A stretch of DNA of 63,618 nucleotides, filler included, from Octopus bimaculoides (GCF_001194135.2; 5 parts of 5 records of this genome joined end to end with filler, not necessarily neighbours in it), one strand, 5' to 3'. Counted from the first letter of the whole stretch, positions 37,571-51,281 are shown. The notes: generated by a model not told the origin, from the sequence alone. Program-made: numbers and translations.

Positions 37571-37949
37571 GCACTCCGTCTCTTACGACGTCGAGGGTTG
37601 CAGTTGATCCGATCAACAGAACAGCCTGCTCGTGAAATTAACGTGCAACTGGCTGAGCACTCCGCAGACACGTGTACCCTTAACGTAGTTCTCGGGTATA
37701 TTCAGCGTGACACAGAGTGTGACAAGGCTGACCCTTTGAATTACAGGCACAACAGAAACAGGAAGTAAGAGTGAGAGAAAGTTGTGGTGAAAAAGTACAG
37801 CAGGGTTCGCCACCATCCCCTACCGGAGCCTCGTGGAGCTTTAGGCGTTTTCGCTCAATAAACACTCACAACGCTCGGTATGGGAATCGAAACCACGATC
37901 CTATGACCGCGAGTCCGCTGCCCTAACCACTGGGCCATTGCGCCTCCAC
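37563..37949 (-). mobile_element. Full-length tRNA-derived SINE
   Basis: Head rc of gggccattgcgcctcc through the ggagtgccaacaaca tail. Confidence 0.88.
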
Positions 37950-37989
37950 TATTTGCTTACAAACATACATACATAAATACATACATATT

Positions 37990-38365
37990 TACTTCAAATT
38001 CCGCCGATGTCGACTTGGCTTTTCATCATTTTCGGGTCAATAAATTAAGTGCCAGTTGCGTAGTGGAGTCGATCTAATCGCCTGCCCCCCTCCCCAAACA
38101 TTTCGGGCATTGTACCTAGAGTAGAAAACAATATTAATGTTGTGTAAGTCGGCGAGCTGGCAGAAATGTTAGCACGCCGGCTGAAATGCCTAGCGGTATT
38201 TCGTCTGTCTTTACATTCTGAGTTCAAATTCCGCCGAGGTCGACTTTGCTCTTCATCCTTTCGGGGTTGAGAACTTAAGTACCAGTTGCGTACTGGGGTC
38301 AATCTAATTGACTGGCCCCTCCCCCAAAATTTCGAGCCTTGTGTCTAGAGCAGAAAAGAATATTA
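37990..38365 (+). mobile_element. Two tandem SINE copies (ttctgagttcaaattccgccgagg family), CpG-intact
   Basis: The core caaattccgccga.gtcgact occurs twice, at about 37995 and 38225. Confidence 0.85.
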
Positions 38366-40869
38366 ATGTAGTGTTTTTCTCGTATGCACATATTTAATGC
38401 CACTCATACGAAGTTTTAGGTTCGATCCTGATATGCACCATTACGGGCAAGTGTTTTATTTGAGTCTTTAAATTTTTTTTGCCGAAGTCGTATGATATCC
38501 GATATTGCTTCGGTTGAATCCAACAGACAACCGTTAGAAACTCCGATGTATGTGTGTGTGTGTGCATGTGTATCCATGTATGTGTGCATGTGCGCGCGTG
38601 TGTGTGCGCGCGCAAGTGTTTATTGATAGATGCATATATATATATGGATAGATAGATAAATAAATATATAGATAGATAGATTGTGTATAGAGATAGAAGG
38701 AGATTGGGAGAGATAGATATGTACATCCGTAACTGCGCGCACAGGGACACACACACGTATGCATGTGAGCTCATGTTTAACCGCGCGTGTGTGCGTATAA
38801 AGCCGGCTAGATTCTGAAAAAGCGTGCATTTATTGAGAGTTAGTTCTCCGATATAAAGCAATATCAGATATTCATTGGAACCCACGAGAATTATACGTTT
38901 GTTTCAAGTAGGCTCTTTACGTCACTAGGTAACCTTGGCAACAAATACGATTAAATTGATCTCCCAATGGTAGATTTATAGATATGTTGTAGATTATGAT
39001 ATGATCAGCGTTAGCAGTAATAATCTATAGAAAATAGGTTTACAGCGGTACTGAAGGGAATCTGAGTGTATATATATGTATGTTTGCTTGTGAACACCTG
39101 TGCGCATACACATACGTATATACATATATACATGACCGCATGTGTATACGTATGTATTTAAGTATGTCAGTGTGCGTGTGTTTGTGTGTATGTATCCGTG
39201 TACGTATATGTGAAGGGATGTTTCTTTGTGTGGTATGGATTGATAAACCACACCTAATCGTAAAATTATATGTCGAGATACAAGCAGACAAAAAGATCAA
39301 GAAAGCAATGCATTATATTTAAGGACCTCCAGATGTTGCTTGTGACGATGTATGCAATCAATGCCGGGGTCTCCCATGCGATAAGTGCATGTTTCTAAAG
39401 CGACATATCATGTCGTATGTATTTGATATGATGTGCAACAACTTATCGGTAATGAAAGATAATAGGTCTAACGTATTAGAATTTCAATAGATATCGGACA
39501 TTCAAGTTTGGAACAAAAGAAGAAAGGAGANNNNNNNNNNNNNNNNNNNNNNNNNNNNNNNNNNNNNNNNNNNNNNNNNNNNNNNNNNNNNNNNNNNNNN
39601 NNNNNNNNNNNNNNNNNNNNNNNNNNNNNNNNNNNNNNNNNNNNNNNNNNNNNNNNNNNNNNNNNNNNNNNNNNNNNNNNNNNNNNNNNNNNNNNNNNNN
39701 NNNNNNNNNNNNNNNNNNNNNNNNNNNNNNNNNNNNNNNNNNNNNNNNNNNNNNNNNNNNNNNNNNNNNNNNNNNNNNNNNNNNNNNNNNNNNNNNNNNN
39801 NNNNNNNNNNNNNNNNNNNNNNNNNNNNNNNNNNNNNNNNNNNNNNNNNNNNNNNNNNNNNNNNNNNNNNNNNNNNNNNNNNNNNNNNNNNNNNNNNNNN
39901 NNNNNNNNNNNNNNNNNNNNNNNNNNNNNNNNNNNNNNNNNNNNNNNNNNNNNNNNNNNNNNNNNNNNNNNNNNNNNNNNNNNNNNNNNNNNNNNNNNNN
40001 NNNNNNNNNNNNNNNNNNNNNNNNNNNNNNNNNNNNNNNNNNNNNNNNNNNNNNNNNNNNNNNNNNNNNNNNNNNNNNNNNNNNNNNNNNNNNNNNNNNN
40101 NNNNNNNNNNNNNNNNNNNNNNNNNNNNNNNNNNNNNNNNNNNNNNNNNNNNNNNNNNNNNNNNNNNNNNNNNNNNNNNNNNNNNNNNNNNNNNNNNNNN
40201 NNNNNNNNNNNNNNNNNNNNNNNNNNNNNNNNNNNNNNNNNNNNNNNNNNNNNNNNNNNNNNNNNNNNNNNNNNNNNNNNNNNNNNNNNNNNNNNNNNNN
40301 NNNNNNNNNNNNNNNNNNNNNNNNNNNNNNNNNNNNNNNNNTATATATATATATATATATTTGCAACGCAACTTTAGGCGAAAATTCTGAGAGAAAAAAA
40401 AAATCGTAATATTTGCGGTTTTAGGCATTGGAAATGCACTTCCTCCGACTTGCACAAAAGTCATGCTATTACATTGTGCGTCTATCAGACCTTGTTGTTA
40501 GGAAGTCATGTATGTATATACACTCACACACATTCCTAAGATAATATTCCTACATACGTGTATAAATGCAATCATACAAGCAACAAATTGGAAGAGTTGC
40601 ACAGAGTGCCTGGCGGTTTTGTTCGAGCTCTGTACGGATTTTGTTAGAAAATGGATTAAGAACTAACTGTATGAATGTCAGACCGGGTACATTGCGTCAT
40701 TTGTTTTGTTCTTATTTCAAATTCAGCCATTGACTGCATGGATTGTAGACGCAACGTTTCACTCTGTTTGACGACAATATGTGGCACTTTGGATACTCCT
40801 GGGAGAATACTCTCTGTTGCAAGCATTCAGGTTATAATTCTGGTTTGAGACTAGCTTCTTGCATCCCAC

Positions 40870-41760
40870 TTCCTATTAATGTTGGAGGCCAAAATGTTTG
40901 ATAAAGATATAGATCATCTCATTTACATGGATGATTTAAAGCTATTTGAAAAAATGACCAACAACTGAAGGGATTACTACCGATTGTTAAACTATTCAGT
41001 GATGGCATCAGGATGCAATTTGGCCTCCATAAAAGTGTAAAAGCTACATTTATCAAAGGAAAATTGACAGAAATATCTAACGTTAACCTTGGCCAGGAGA
41101 ATTTCTGAAACGAGTTTAGAACCAGCAGAGAGCTACAAATACCTCGGGATAATTGAAGGGGACGGATTCAAACATGCAGTGATGAGAGGAAGGATCGGAA
41201 GAGAATGTTCTCGCAGGGTGAGAGCAATACTCAAACCAGAGCTGAATGCAAGAAACAGGATCGAAGCAATCAATTTTTTAGCCATACCAGTTGTGACTTA
41301 CAGTTTCAATATCATTAACTGGTCAATTACTGAAATATGTAATCTTGACAGAAAAATACGAAAACTGTTGACAATGCATAGAATGCACCACTCTAAGGCA
41401 GAACGACTTTACCTGCCAAGAAAAGATGGAGGCCGTGGACTTTTACAACTGACATTAACAATGAAGATTGCCACAGTTGGCTTAGACACCTACCTGAAAA
41501 ACTCTGAGGACTGGATGTTAAAACTTGTCTCAAAACATGAAAACAAGAAGGCGTCATTAACTCAGTAACAAAACAGGAAAAGAAATATCTAAATGAATTC
41601 CGAATACAAACAATTCTAGAATTAGACGTACTAGAAACAAGCGCAGAAAAAGCTAAGGGTATGAAAACCCGTGCTAAAATTGCTGCCTTAGATATTATGA
41701 CAGATAAATAGCAAAAAAAAAACCTCTCACTGTCAAATACCCAAGGAGAGCGAATAAGGT
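40870..41760 (+). mobile_element. R4/Dong-like non-LTR retrotransposon RT fragment
   Basis: IDHLIYMDDLKLF, MQFGLHK, YKYLGI, AIN..AIPVVTYSF, ERLYLPRKDGGRGL (ORF 41089-41568). Confidence 0.88.
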
Positions 41761-42143
41761 AAAAATCATAAAATAATAATAATATATATTATTATATTAT
41801 ATATATTATATTTATTTATCGTGTATTTATTTATTAATATTTTCTATATGTGACTGTGGATTTTCATGGACGAGTACATTAACTTTGGTTCTTTTCTCTA
41901 AATTATATATTTATCCACACACACACACACATATATATATATATACATATATATGTAGATATACATACATACATATATATGCGTGTGAGTGTGTATACGA
42001 CTGGCTTCCTTTAGATTCCGTCCACCAAATCAACTCACAAGGGTTCGGTCCGCATGAGGCTATAGTAGAAGATGCCAGGCAGTGGGACTGAACTAGGAAG
42101 AATGTGGTTCGAAAGCAAGATACTTGTCACATACACATGTACT

Positions 42144-42197
<54 letters not shown>

Positions 42198-43021
42198 NNN
42201 NNNNNNNGGAGCATACACACCACACCTCTTCCACTACTACTGATGATCGCAAATAGGTGCACATATAATTTTCCGCAAACATACAGAAAACCGTCTCCAT
42301 CAGCTTCTTGGTTCAGTATGTTGTCTTTCATCTTACCCTGCATCATCTACAAAACTTACTGTCTAATATTTAAATGGGTAGTTATAAATTCTATCTTCAT
42401 ATTTCTTACTATACAGTCTGTTTCTTTCTCTCAAATTATCTCCCTCTCCGTGTTACTTCTGAAGAAGGAATAAGGCCTCAAACATCAAAACATACATATA
42501 ATACATATTTGAAGTGACTTTTTAAGTGTTAAAATGATATCAGTTGTACTCTGTTCTTTCGGTATTGTATTTCTGTTTGTAATTTGACTTTACACTATCT
42601 GTCTATCTGTCTATCTGTCTGTCTGTCTATCTATTTATCTCTCTATATGTCAATCTATCTATCNNNNNNNNNNTTTTAAGTGTTAAAATGATATCAGTTG
42701 TACTCTGTTCTTTCGGTATTGTAGTTCTGTTTGTAATTTGACTTTACACTATCTGTCTATCTGTCTGTCTGTCTGTCTGTCTATCTATTTATCTCTCTAT
42801 ATGTCAATCTATCTATCTCTGTATTTATATATATGTGTGTGTGTGTGTGCATGTGTGTGCTCAGTATATATATATATATATATATATATACATACACATA
42901 TATACATATATATACATATATATTTAAATACATATACATATATACATATATGAATACATACATATATAGATACATACATATATAAATAAATATATATATA
43001 TATATATACATATATATACGT

Positions 43022-43054
<33 letters not shown>

Positions 43055-43150
43055 CTTGCATACACACACACACACGCATATATATAAGTTTATATATATA
43101 TATATATACGTACATACATACATACATATATATATATATANNNNNNNNNN

Positions 43151-43197
<47 letters not shown>

Positions 43198-44599
43198 GCT
43201 GCATAAATATAATAGTTAAACATGCATAGATATGTATATGTATAAAAACAGATATATATGTCTCTTTCTCACACGCACAAGCAACACACGCAAACACACA
43301 CACGCGCAAACACAAACACAGTCACATTGCTACGCGTACTTTCACACGCAGTAGACATACATTTCGCTAGACAAACACCATAAACTTTGTGAAGGAGCCA
43401 CGAGATGGCATTAGCGTTTCGAGTTTTTTTTTTTCTTCACATTATATATATTGAACTATTTAAAGAACTTCAAACTACTTTTGCTGTCGACTTTCACTTC
43501 TACGTTTTTGTTTTACTTCCTTTCTTTCTTTATTTGTTTACATGTTGGTTTACTTATTATTATTTACATTTATTTGATGGTTTAGGTTTTGCAAATTTTG
43601 TGTTTTTTCTCTCTTCTACGTTTTCTTCCACTTTTATACTATTAGAGCTAATTTTCTTTATATTTATATTTCTATATACCTATTTCCCCTCTCTCTCTCT
43701 GTCTTCCTCTCTCTCTCTCTGTCTTCCTCTCTCTCTCTCTGTCTTCCTCTCCCTCTCTCTGTCTTCCTCTCTCTCGGTCTCTGTAGTGTTTATATATTTA
43801 CATTTCTACATACAAGCAATTGCACAAACACACACACACACACACATATTAACATACATGTAAATTTATATAAATGGATATAGATAAATATGTAGTGTGC
43901 GGTTGTATGCATATATACATATATAACGTGCAGATACATATATTTCCTCACACACACACGCACACACACACACACACACACACATATATGTAATCAGGAA
44001 TCTATCTATCTATCTATCTATCTATCTTTGTCTGTCTGTCTAACTGTCCGTCTGTCTGTCTAACAGTCCGTCTGTCTGTGTGTTTATCTATCTACCTTTC
44101 TGGCCACAACAGACAATTCACACCTCGTCAACGATATAAATGCAAGTACTCTTATACACTACAAGTCAATGTGAGAGTTCCGCTCAAGGTAAATATCGCA
44201 GAAGTCAATGTTCTAACAAACATTCTGAAAATATGTACACGCACAAGCACACACACACACACACACACACACACAATATGCAACATTGATAACGGAGAGG
44301 AGAGTGGAGATATATTCACATACAAAATAATTTTATTAAAATGTTTTCTACAGCTTATATATATATATATATTCTTGACCTACATATGTTTCTACTGCAC
44401 AATGCTCGGTATGCAATTATGCATTTTAGTCGTTGCAATTTCATCAAGGAATCATCCGACGACCGATATTTACCTGTACCAGTATCTCTTGAAAGCTTGA
44501 GTACCATGTAATGGACCATTGTGGATAGCCGGCTTCTATACCAACAATGCGTTATCCGCCAGGATATCTTATACCGTATATATATATATATATATATAT

Positions 44600-44699
44600 N
44601 NNNNNNNNNNNNNNNNNNNNNNNNNNNNNNNNNNNNNNNNNNNTTAATTAATTAANNNNNNNNNNNNNNNNNNNNNNNNNNNNNNNNNNNNNNNNNNNN
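44600..44699. other. Artificial scaffold-join spacer N44-TTAATTAATTAA-N44
   Basis: Identical 100-bp format. Confidence 0.95.
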
Positions 44700-44747
44700 A
44701 TATATATACACATATATATCAATTTAATGCACATCTGAAGGAGCTAT

Positions 44748-44845
44748 TAATAGTTTCATGCTTTTATGATACTTTAATTTGACATGTTTATAAAATATGC
44801 TATGAATCTCCAAGTTAAAAGTATCATAAAAGCATGAAACTGTTA
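44748..44845. repeat. Short foldback with a 24-bp perfect inverted repeat, extendable to about 35 bp
   Basis: agtttcatgcttttatgatacttt (44752-44775) / aaagtatcataaaagcatgaaact (44818-44841). Confidence 0.8.
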
Positions 44846-45245
44846 GTCGCTCTTTCAGTTGTGTATTAAATTGATATTTATTCCTCACAGGATCAAATAC
44901 ATTTTTCTTCATTCTACCTATATTGAATGCACAAACACAAACACACACATGCATAAACACGCACACACACACATGGAATATAATAAAGTCAGGAGGTACG
45001 AGATGAAAATATTTATTTCACCAGTTGATATCCATAAGATTATGGTTATTTTGCAGCAACATCATGGAAAATTACTTATTTTACTACATAATAAATAATT
45101 TTACTGGATTTTAACTGCATAGGACTATAGATTATACCTCTTTTTATATGTAATGGTTCACTACATAGTTTGCAGCCTGGTTCACTAAAGGAGCATTTTG
45201 GTGAGTACCACCAGATTATATAAATCCATATATTGTGCATTACAG

Positions 45246-45290
<45 letters not shown>

Positions 45291-45334
45291 TGTAGACAGC
45301 AGTTTGAAATGTTTCACCAGAAAGGAAAACTCTA

Positions 45335-45823
45335 ATCGTCACTAAATGTGACTAGGGTGTTAGAAGCACCTACATTGCAAGAAATAAGAGCTAAAATGCT
45401 CTAATGCTGTAGTCAAAGCACACAATTGCATACATATATACTAGCAGGAACTGTAACTATCTCTAGTGATATTTACTGATGATCATAGTTTTCCTTTTTG
45501 GTTAAACTTTGCGAACTGCTGTCTTCATTAATTTTCTGTATACACATTAGCATCATAGGTTTCTATGATGAAGACATATATACTGGCAGAGAATTGAGTC
45601 CAGAATCTGCTGAAGTCAAGCCAGTCCTTACTGATGAGGCAATGGAAATTGCTGAAACTGACTGCTAGCATAAGGAATTCTCAAACTGTGTTTTCGGATG
45701 ATTACAGTCTCTGTCAATATATATGTATACAAGTATGTGCTTTGACTACAGCATTAGATCATTTTAGCTCTTATTTCTAGCAATGTAGGTGTTTCTAACA
45801 CCTTAGTCATATTTAGTGACAAT
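45335..45823. mobile_element. MITE with about 105-bp TIRs and TA TSD, containing a hammerhead-like motif
   Basis: TA|ATCGTCACTAAATGTGACTAGGGTGTTAGAAGC... and ...GTTTCTAACACCTTAGTCATATTTAGTGACAAT|TA; few mismatches along the TIR. Confidence 0.8.
45625..45676 (+). ncRNA. Type-I hammerhead-like motif with a U16.1>C change
   Basis: TCCTTA-CTGATGA-GGCAAT(ggaa)ATTGCT-GAAAC-TG..TAG-CA-TAAGGA. Stems I and II are 6 bp each; the triplet is GCA where GUA is expected. Confidence 0.6.
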
Positions 45824-46341
45824 TATATATATATATATATATNNNNNNNNNNNNNNNNNNNNNNNNNNNNNNNNNNNNNNNNNNNNNNNNNNNNNNNNNN
45901 NNNNNNNNNNNNNNNNNNNNGAATAAATTAGAGTTGGGGAGTGTGGATTCTATATATGCTCATCAAATTTTCAGCACATAAATTAGAATACAAGGCATTG
46001 ACTGAAAAAGAAAGAACGGTGAGATATTTTGACTTTCAGACGGCAGCAGATTCAATTATTTGCATAATGGTAGGTAGACGGGGACCATTCAATTAAATGT
46101 CTTGGATTTTAGCATAAGGAAGAAAAGAATTGACTTTAAATTTGCAATCTTGGCCTTATATTCTGCTTTTTCCTGGAACATTTTGACTTTGCAGATGCAG
46201 TATCCACTCCCTCACCTGTTACATTTAATTCTTTATATAGCCTCTTCCTCAATTACTATCAGATATCTCACTTTATTTTCATATTGAAATGTTTCCAGTT
46301 TACACACATATAAACATATATGCATGTACACATCTATATAA

Positions 46342-46405
<64 letters not shown>

Positions 46406-46627
46406 GCATATATGTGTGTGTGCATATCGCTTTATCTATTAATATATATGCATATATACACACACATATACAAAATATATATAATACATATATACATGCA
46501 TACACATATACAAGCATATATGTAAGAATGTATAAATGCATAATGTGAAAAAGTTTAATTCAGATATACACAATTAGACACAAACGTGTGTCTGTGTGTG
46601 TTTGAATATTACCATTAAATAAAAACA

Positions 46628-46628
46628 C

Positions 46629-46719
<91 letters not shown>

Positions 46720-46730
46720 AGATGATGATA

Positions 46731-46768
<38 letters not shown>

Positions 46769-46790
46769 GCTGTTATTCTTATTATTATTC
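46628..46790. repeat. (AAT)n followed by (ATT)n, forming an inverted microsatellite
   Basis: A long (AAT) run, a central atgatatcat palindrome, then an (ATT) run. Confidence 0.9.
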
Positions 46791-47198
46791 CTCCTCAATA
46801 TACATAGAACCGGTAAATGTTAGTACGTAAAGCACTAAAGCGATATCTGAAATCAATGAAATACAAATCCAAAAGCTGATATGAATATCTATTGACTAAT
46901 GTTTTCCCCTTCAAAATAATCCTGGACATCAAAGATACTGAAATGAATATACACATTACTCTTTATCTTGTCAGCTTTGCAAGCAATTCGAAATTTTTCT
47001 TGGGAAATTCATGCAGCAATAACTTTGATCAATCACTTGTGTTATCTAATAAGAAAGTAAATTCTAAGCATGATATCATGCTGCACAACGTGCAGAAAAA
47101 CAATATATCTGTGATTATGTGCATGCATGTATATGTGTTTATGTGTGTGTATGTTTATTTATACTACGACATACATACACATATACTTACAGTCCTCT

Positions 47199-47249
<51 letters not shown>

Positions 47250-47345
47250 NNNNNNNNNNNNNNNNNNNNNNNNNNNNNNNNNNNNNNNNNNNNNNNNNNN
47301 NNNNNNNNNNNNNNNNNNNNNNNNNNNNNNNNNNNNNNNNNNNNN

Positions 47346-47398
<53 letters not shown>

Positions 47399-48620
47399 CA
47401 GCTCACATATGTACTGGATAGTATGTAATTAAATACATAGATATGTTATTCTGTTTGAGGGTGTATGTCGGTGTGTATTTATACACACACACATATGTAC
47501 ACAAACACACACACAGACATCCGTATCTGCATAGCATGCATATATCTATGTGAGTCTGTGGATTTAGTCTTCAATATCATGCAAATGTCAACAGAGTACC
47601 CTGGTTATATTGTCGTATTACAAACTTAATATAACTATCTTTTCATAACTGTTGAAAAACAGAAAAAATTTAAAAACACAATTGTTTCAGTAATATAAAT
47701 TCAAGTGTTTAAAAAGCAATATTCCTAGTCCTGAAAGAGTAAACAGTTCTTATTTTCACTATCATAATGGACTAATTTTTTTCACATCCTTTCGTTTTTT
47801 AATGGAAATTTTGAAGAATGAATATCAATCGTATATTTGCGTGTGTGGGTTCACTTCTGGCGGGTGTCCCCCTCTTTGTTCACCATACATGTACGTATGT
47901 ATGTATGTATAGATATAAATATNNNNNNNNNNNNNNNNNNNNNNNNNNNNNNNNNNNNNNNNNNNNNNNNNNNNNNNNNNNNNNNNNNNNNNNNNNNNNN
48001 NNNNNNNNNNNNNNNNNNNNNNNNNNNNNNNNNNNNNNNNNNNNNNNNNNNNNNNNNNNNNNNNNNNNNNNNNNNNNNNNNNNNNNNNNNNNNNNNNNNN
48101 NNNNNNNNNNNNNNNNNNNNNNNNNNNNNNNNNNNNNNNNNNNNNNNNNNNNNNNNNNNNNNNNNNNNNNNNNNNNNNNNNNNNNNNNNNNNNNNNNNNN
48201 NNNNNNNNNNNNNNNNNNNNNNNNNNNNNNNNNNNNNNNNNNNNNNNNNNNNNNNNNNNNNNNNNNNNNNNNNNNNNNNNNNNNNNNNNNNNNNNNNNNN
48301 NNNNNNNNNNNNNNNNNNNNNNNNNNNNNNNNNNNNNNNNNNNNNNNNNNNNNNNNNNNNNNNNNNNNNNNNNNNNNNNNNNNNNNNNNNNNNNNNNNNN
48401 NNNNNNNNNNNNNNNNNNNNNNNNNNNNNNNNNNNNNNNNNNNNNNNNNNNNNNNNNNNNNNNNNNNNNNNNNNNNNNNNNNNNNNNNNNNNNNNNNNNN
48501 NNNNNNNNNNNNNNNNNNNNNNNNNNNNNNNNNNNNNNNNNNNNNNNNNNNNNNNNNNNNNNNNNNNNNNNNNNNNNNNNNNNNNNNNNNNNNNNNNNNN
48601 NNNNNNNNNNNNNNNNNNNN

Positions 48621-48721
<101 letters not shown>

Positions 48722-49462
48722 ATATATGTACACACATACATATATATGGTTATATGCATATATTTTTGTATATGTGTATGTATACGTATATATATATGTA
48801 CATGTATGTAATCATGTACACACATACGCACACATACATGCACACACAAACACACACAGAGACACACAAACACAAACACACACACACACACACACACACA
48901 AAGTATTCTTATTGGGAAAGCAGCATTTGCCTGCATGCAAGAGCCAGATGAAATTCTGTGAAGGAGATTTTCTGGAGTTAGTTCTCTTTCCTGTTGCCAG
49001 CCCTCCTATTATTTCTGAGTAAGGTAATACTTCCAAGTATTTCCCTATGGCAAGTCATATTTTCATGGGAGATTGGACGATGTTGAAGCTTAATTACAAC
49101 TATCATACTATGTGAAGACAGAGACACAAACATATACTGTATACATGTCTGTGTGTGATATATATATATATATATGTATATATATNNNNNNNNNNTATAT
49201 ATATATATATATATATATATTGGAGCGAACACGTTACAATGAAGTAGAGAAATTTGAAGAGACAACACGGAACCGGTTATTTCTCAAAATACAATGTTTA
49301 TATATCAAAAAGATTTTCTAACATTTTTCTAACATTTTTCTGACATAATTTAAATATATACTTTAACCATGTAACACAAGCCTTCTGTAGTTTTCTCACT
49401 CTTATTATCTTTTATACATCCAACCACGTGCTTTCACATACCAACTTTCTCACCTATATATA

Positions 49463-49621
49463 TCATCATCATCGTTTAACGTCCGCTTTCCATGCTAGCA
49501 TGGGTTGGACGATTTGACTGAGGACTGGTGAAACCGGATGGCAACACCAGACTCCAATCTAATTTGGCAGAGATTCTACAGCTGGATGCCCTTCCTAACG
49601 CCAACCACTCAGAGAGTGTAG
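49463..49621 (-). mobile_element. Young SINE, (ATG)n-tail family, truncated by a gap
   Basis: Near-identical rc of 13610-13770. Confidence 0.85.
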
Positions 49622-50397
49622 NNNNNNNNNNNNNNNNNNNNNNNNNNNNNNNNNNNNNNNNNNNNNNNNNNNNNNNNNNNNNNNNNNNNNNNNNNNNNNN
49701 NNNNNNNNNNNNNNNNNNNNNNNNNNNNNNNNNNNNNNNNNNNNNNNNNNNNNNNNNNNNNNNNNNNNNNNNNNNNNNNNNNNNNNNNNNNNNNNNNNNN
49801 NNNNNNNNNNNNNNNNNNNNNNNNNNNNNNNNNNNNNNNNNNNNNNNNNNNNNNNNNNNNNNNNNNNNNNNNNNNNNNNNNNNNNNNNNNNNNNNNNNNN
49901 NNNNNNNNNNNNNNNNNNNNNNNNNNNNNNNNNNNNNNNNNNNNNNNNNNNNNNNNNNNNNNNNNNNNNNNNNNNNNNNNNNNNNNNNNNNNNNNNNNNN
50001 NNNNNNNNNNNNNNNNNNNNNNNNNNNNNNNNNNNNNNNNNNNNNNNNNNNNNNNNNNNNNNNNNNNNNNNNNNNNNNNNNNNNNNNNNNNNNNNNNNNN
50101 NNNNNNNNNNNNNNNNNNNNNNNNNNNNNNNNNNNNNNNNNNNNNNNNNNNNNNNNNNNNNNNNNNNNNNNNNNNNNNNNNNNNNNNNNNNNNNNNNNNN
50201 NNNNNNNNNNNNNNNNNNNNNNNNNNNNNNNNNNNNNNNNNNNNNNNNNNNNNNNNNNNNNNNNNNNNNNNNNNNNNNNNNNNNNNNNNNNNNNNNNNNN
50301 NNNNNNNNNNNNNNNNNNNNNNNNNNNNNNNNNNNNNNNNNNNNNNNNNNNNNNNNNNNNNNNNNNNNNNNNNNTATATATATATGTATACGTATAT

Positions 50398-50438
<41 letters not shown>

Positions 50439-50966
50439 GTACACACATATACAGTCGTCCATATGTGTGTGGGTGTGTGGATGTGTATGTGCACCAATTC
50501 TATACAGTTATGACATACGCATACAGATATTTCTATACATTATATAACAATAAATAGAAGCATATCTATGATCAAAATGATGAAAGAGAGAAAGAGAAGC
50601 AGTTCTGTGATAGCATCAAGAGAGAGTGAGAGAGAGTGCAAAGAAAAAGAGAGAGGGTGTGGTGTGGAACCATATCTTAAATGAAATTCTCTTCACCTTT
50701 TAGAAAAACAAAATGTTCTTTTTTTCTTATCTTTCTATTCATTTTAGTGTAATATTTTTTTTATAATTATATGAGTTTATATTTGATATTTTTGTTTTTG
50801 TACTTTTAGGCTTCTTTTTCAAAGTAACAACAATTTTAATCGATAATTTCAATATCTTAAAAGTTTGAATTTGTGTTTTCAGCCGTATGTCTATATGAAC
50901 GATCTGAGATACATATACACACACATATATATACGTAAGTAAATATATAAATGTATGTATGTGTAT

Positions 50967-51022
<56 letters not shown>

Positions 51023-51281
51023 NNNNNNNNNNNNNNNNNNNNNNNNNNNNNNNNNNNNNNNNNNNNNNNNNNNNNNNNNNNNNNNNNNNNNNNNNNNNNN
51101 NTATATATATATATATATATATAAACAGTTGGTTGATTTTAAATTTACATTGTAGGTCTTTATGTGCGTGTGGGTGTGTGTATGTATATATATATATATA
51201 TATATATAAATATACACACACAAACACATATTAAGTTATATATGTATATATATGTATTGATGTATGCGTATATATATATAT

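Noticed and set aside
40715-40845. Plus-strand ttcag|CC ATT GAC TGC (AIDC...), resembling a sushi exon start
   Set aside because: Cys spacing does not fit CCP, there is no good donor, and it abuts a LINE fragment.
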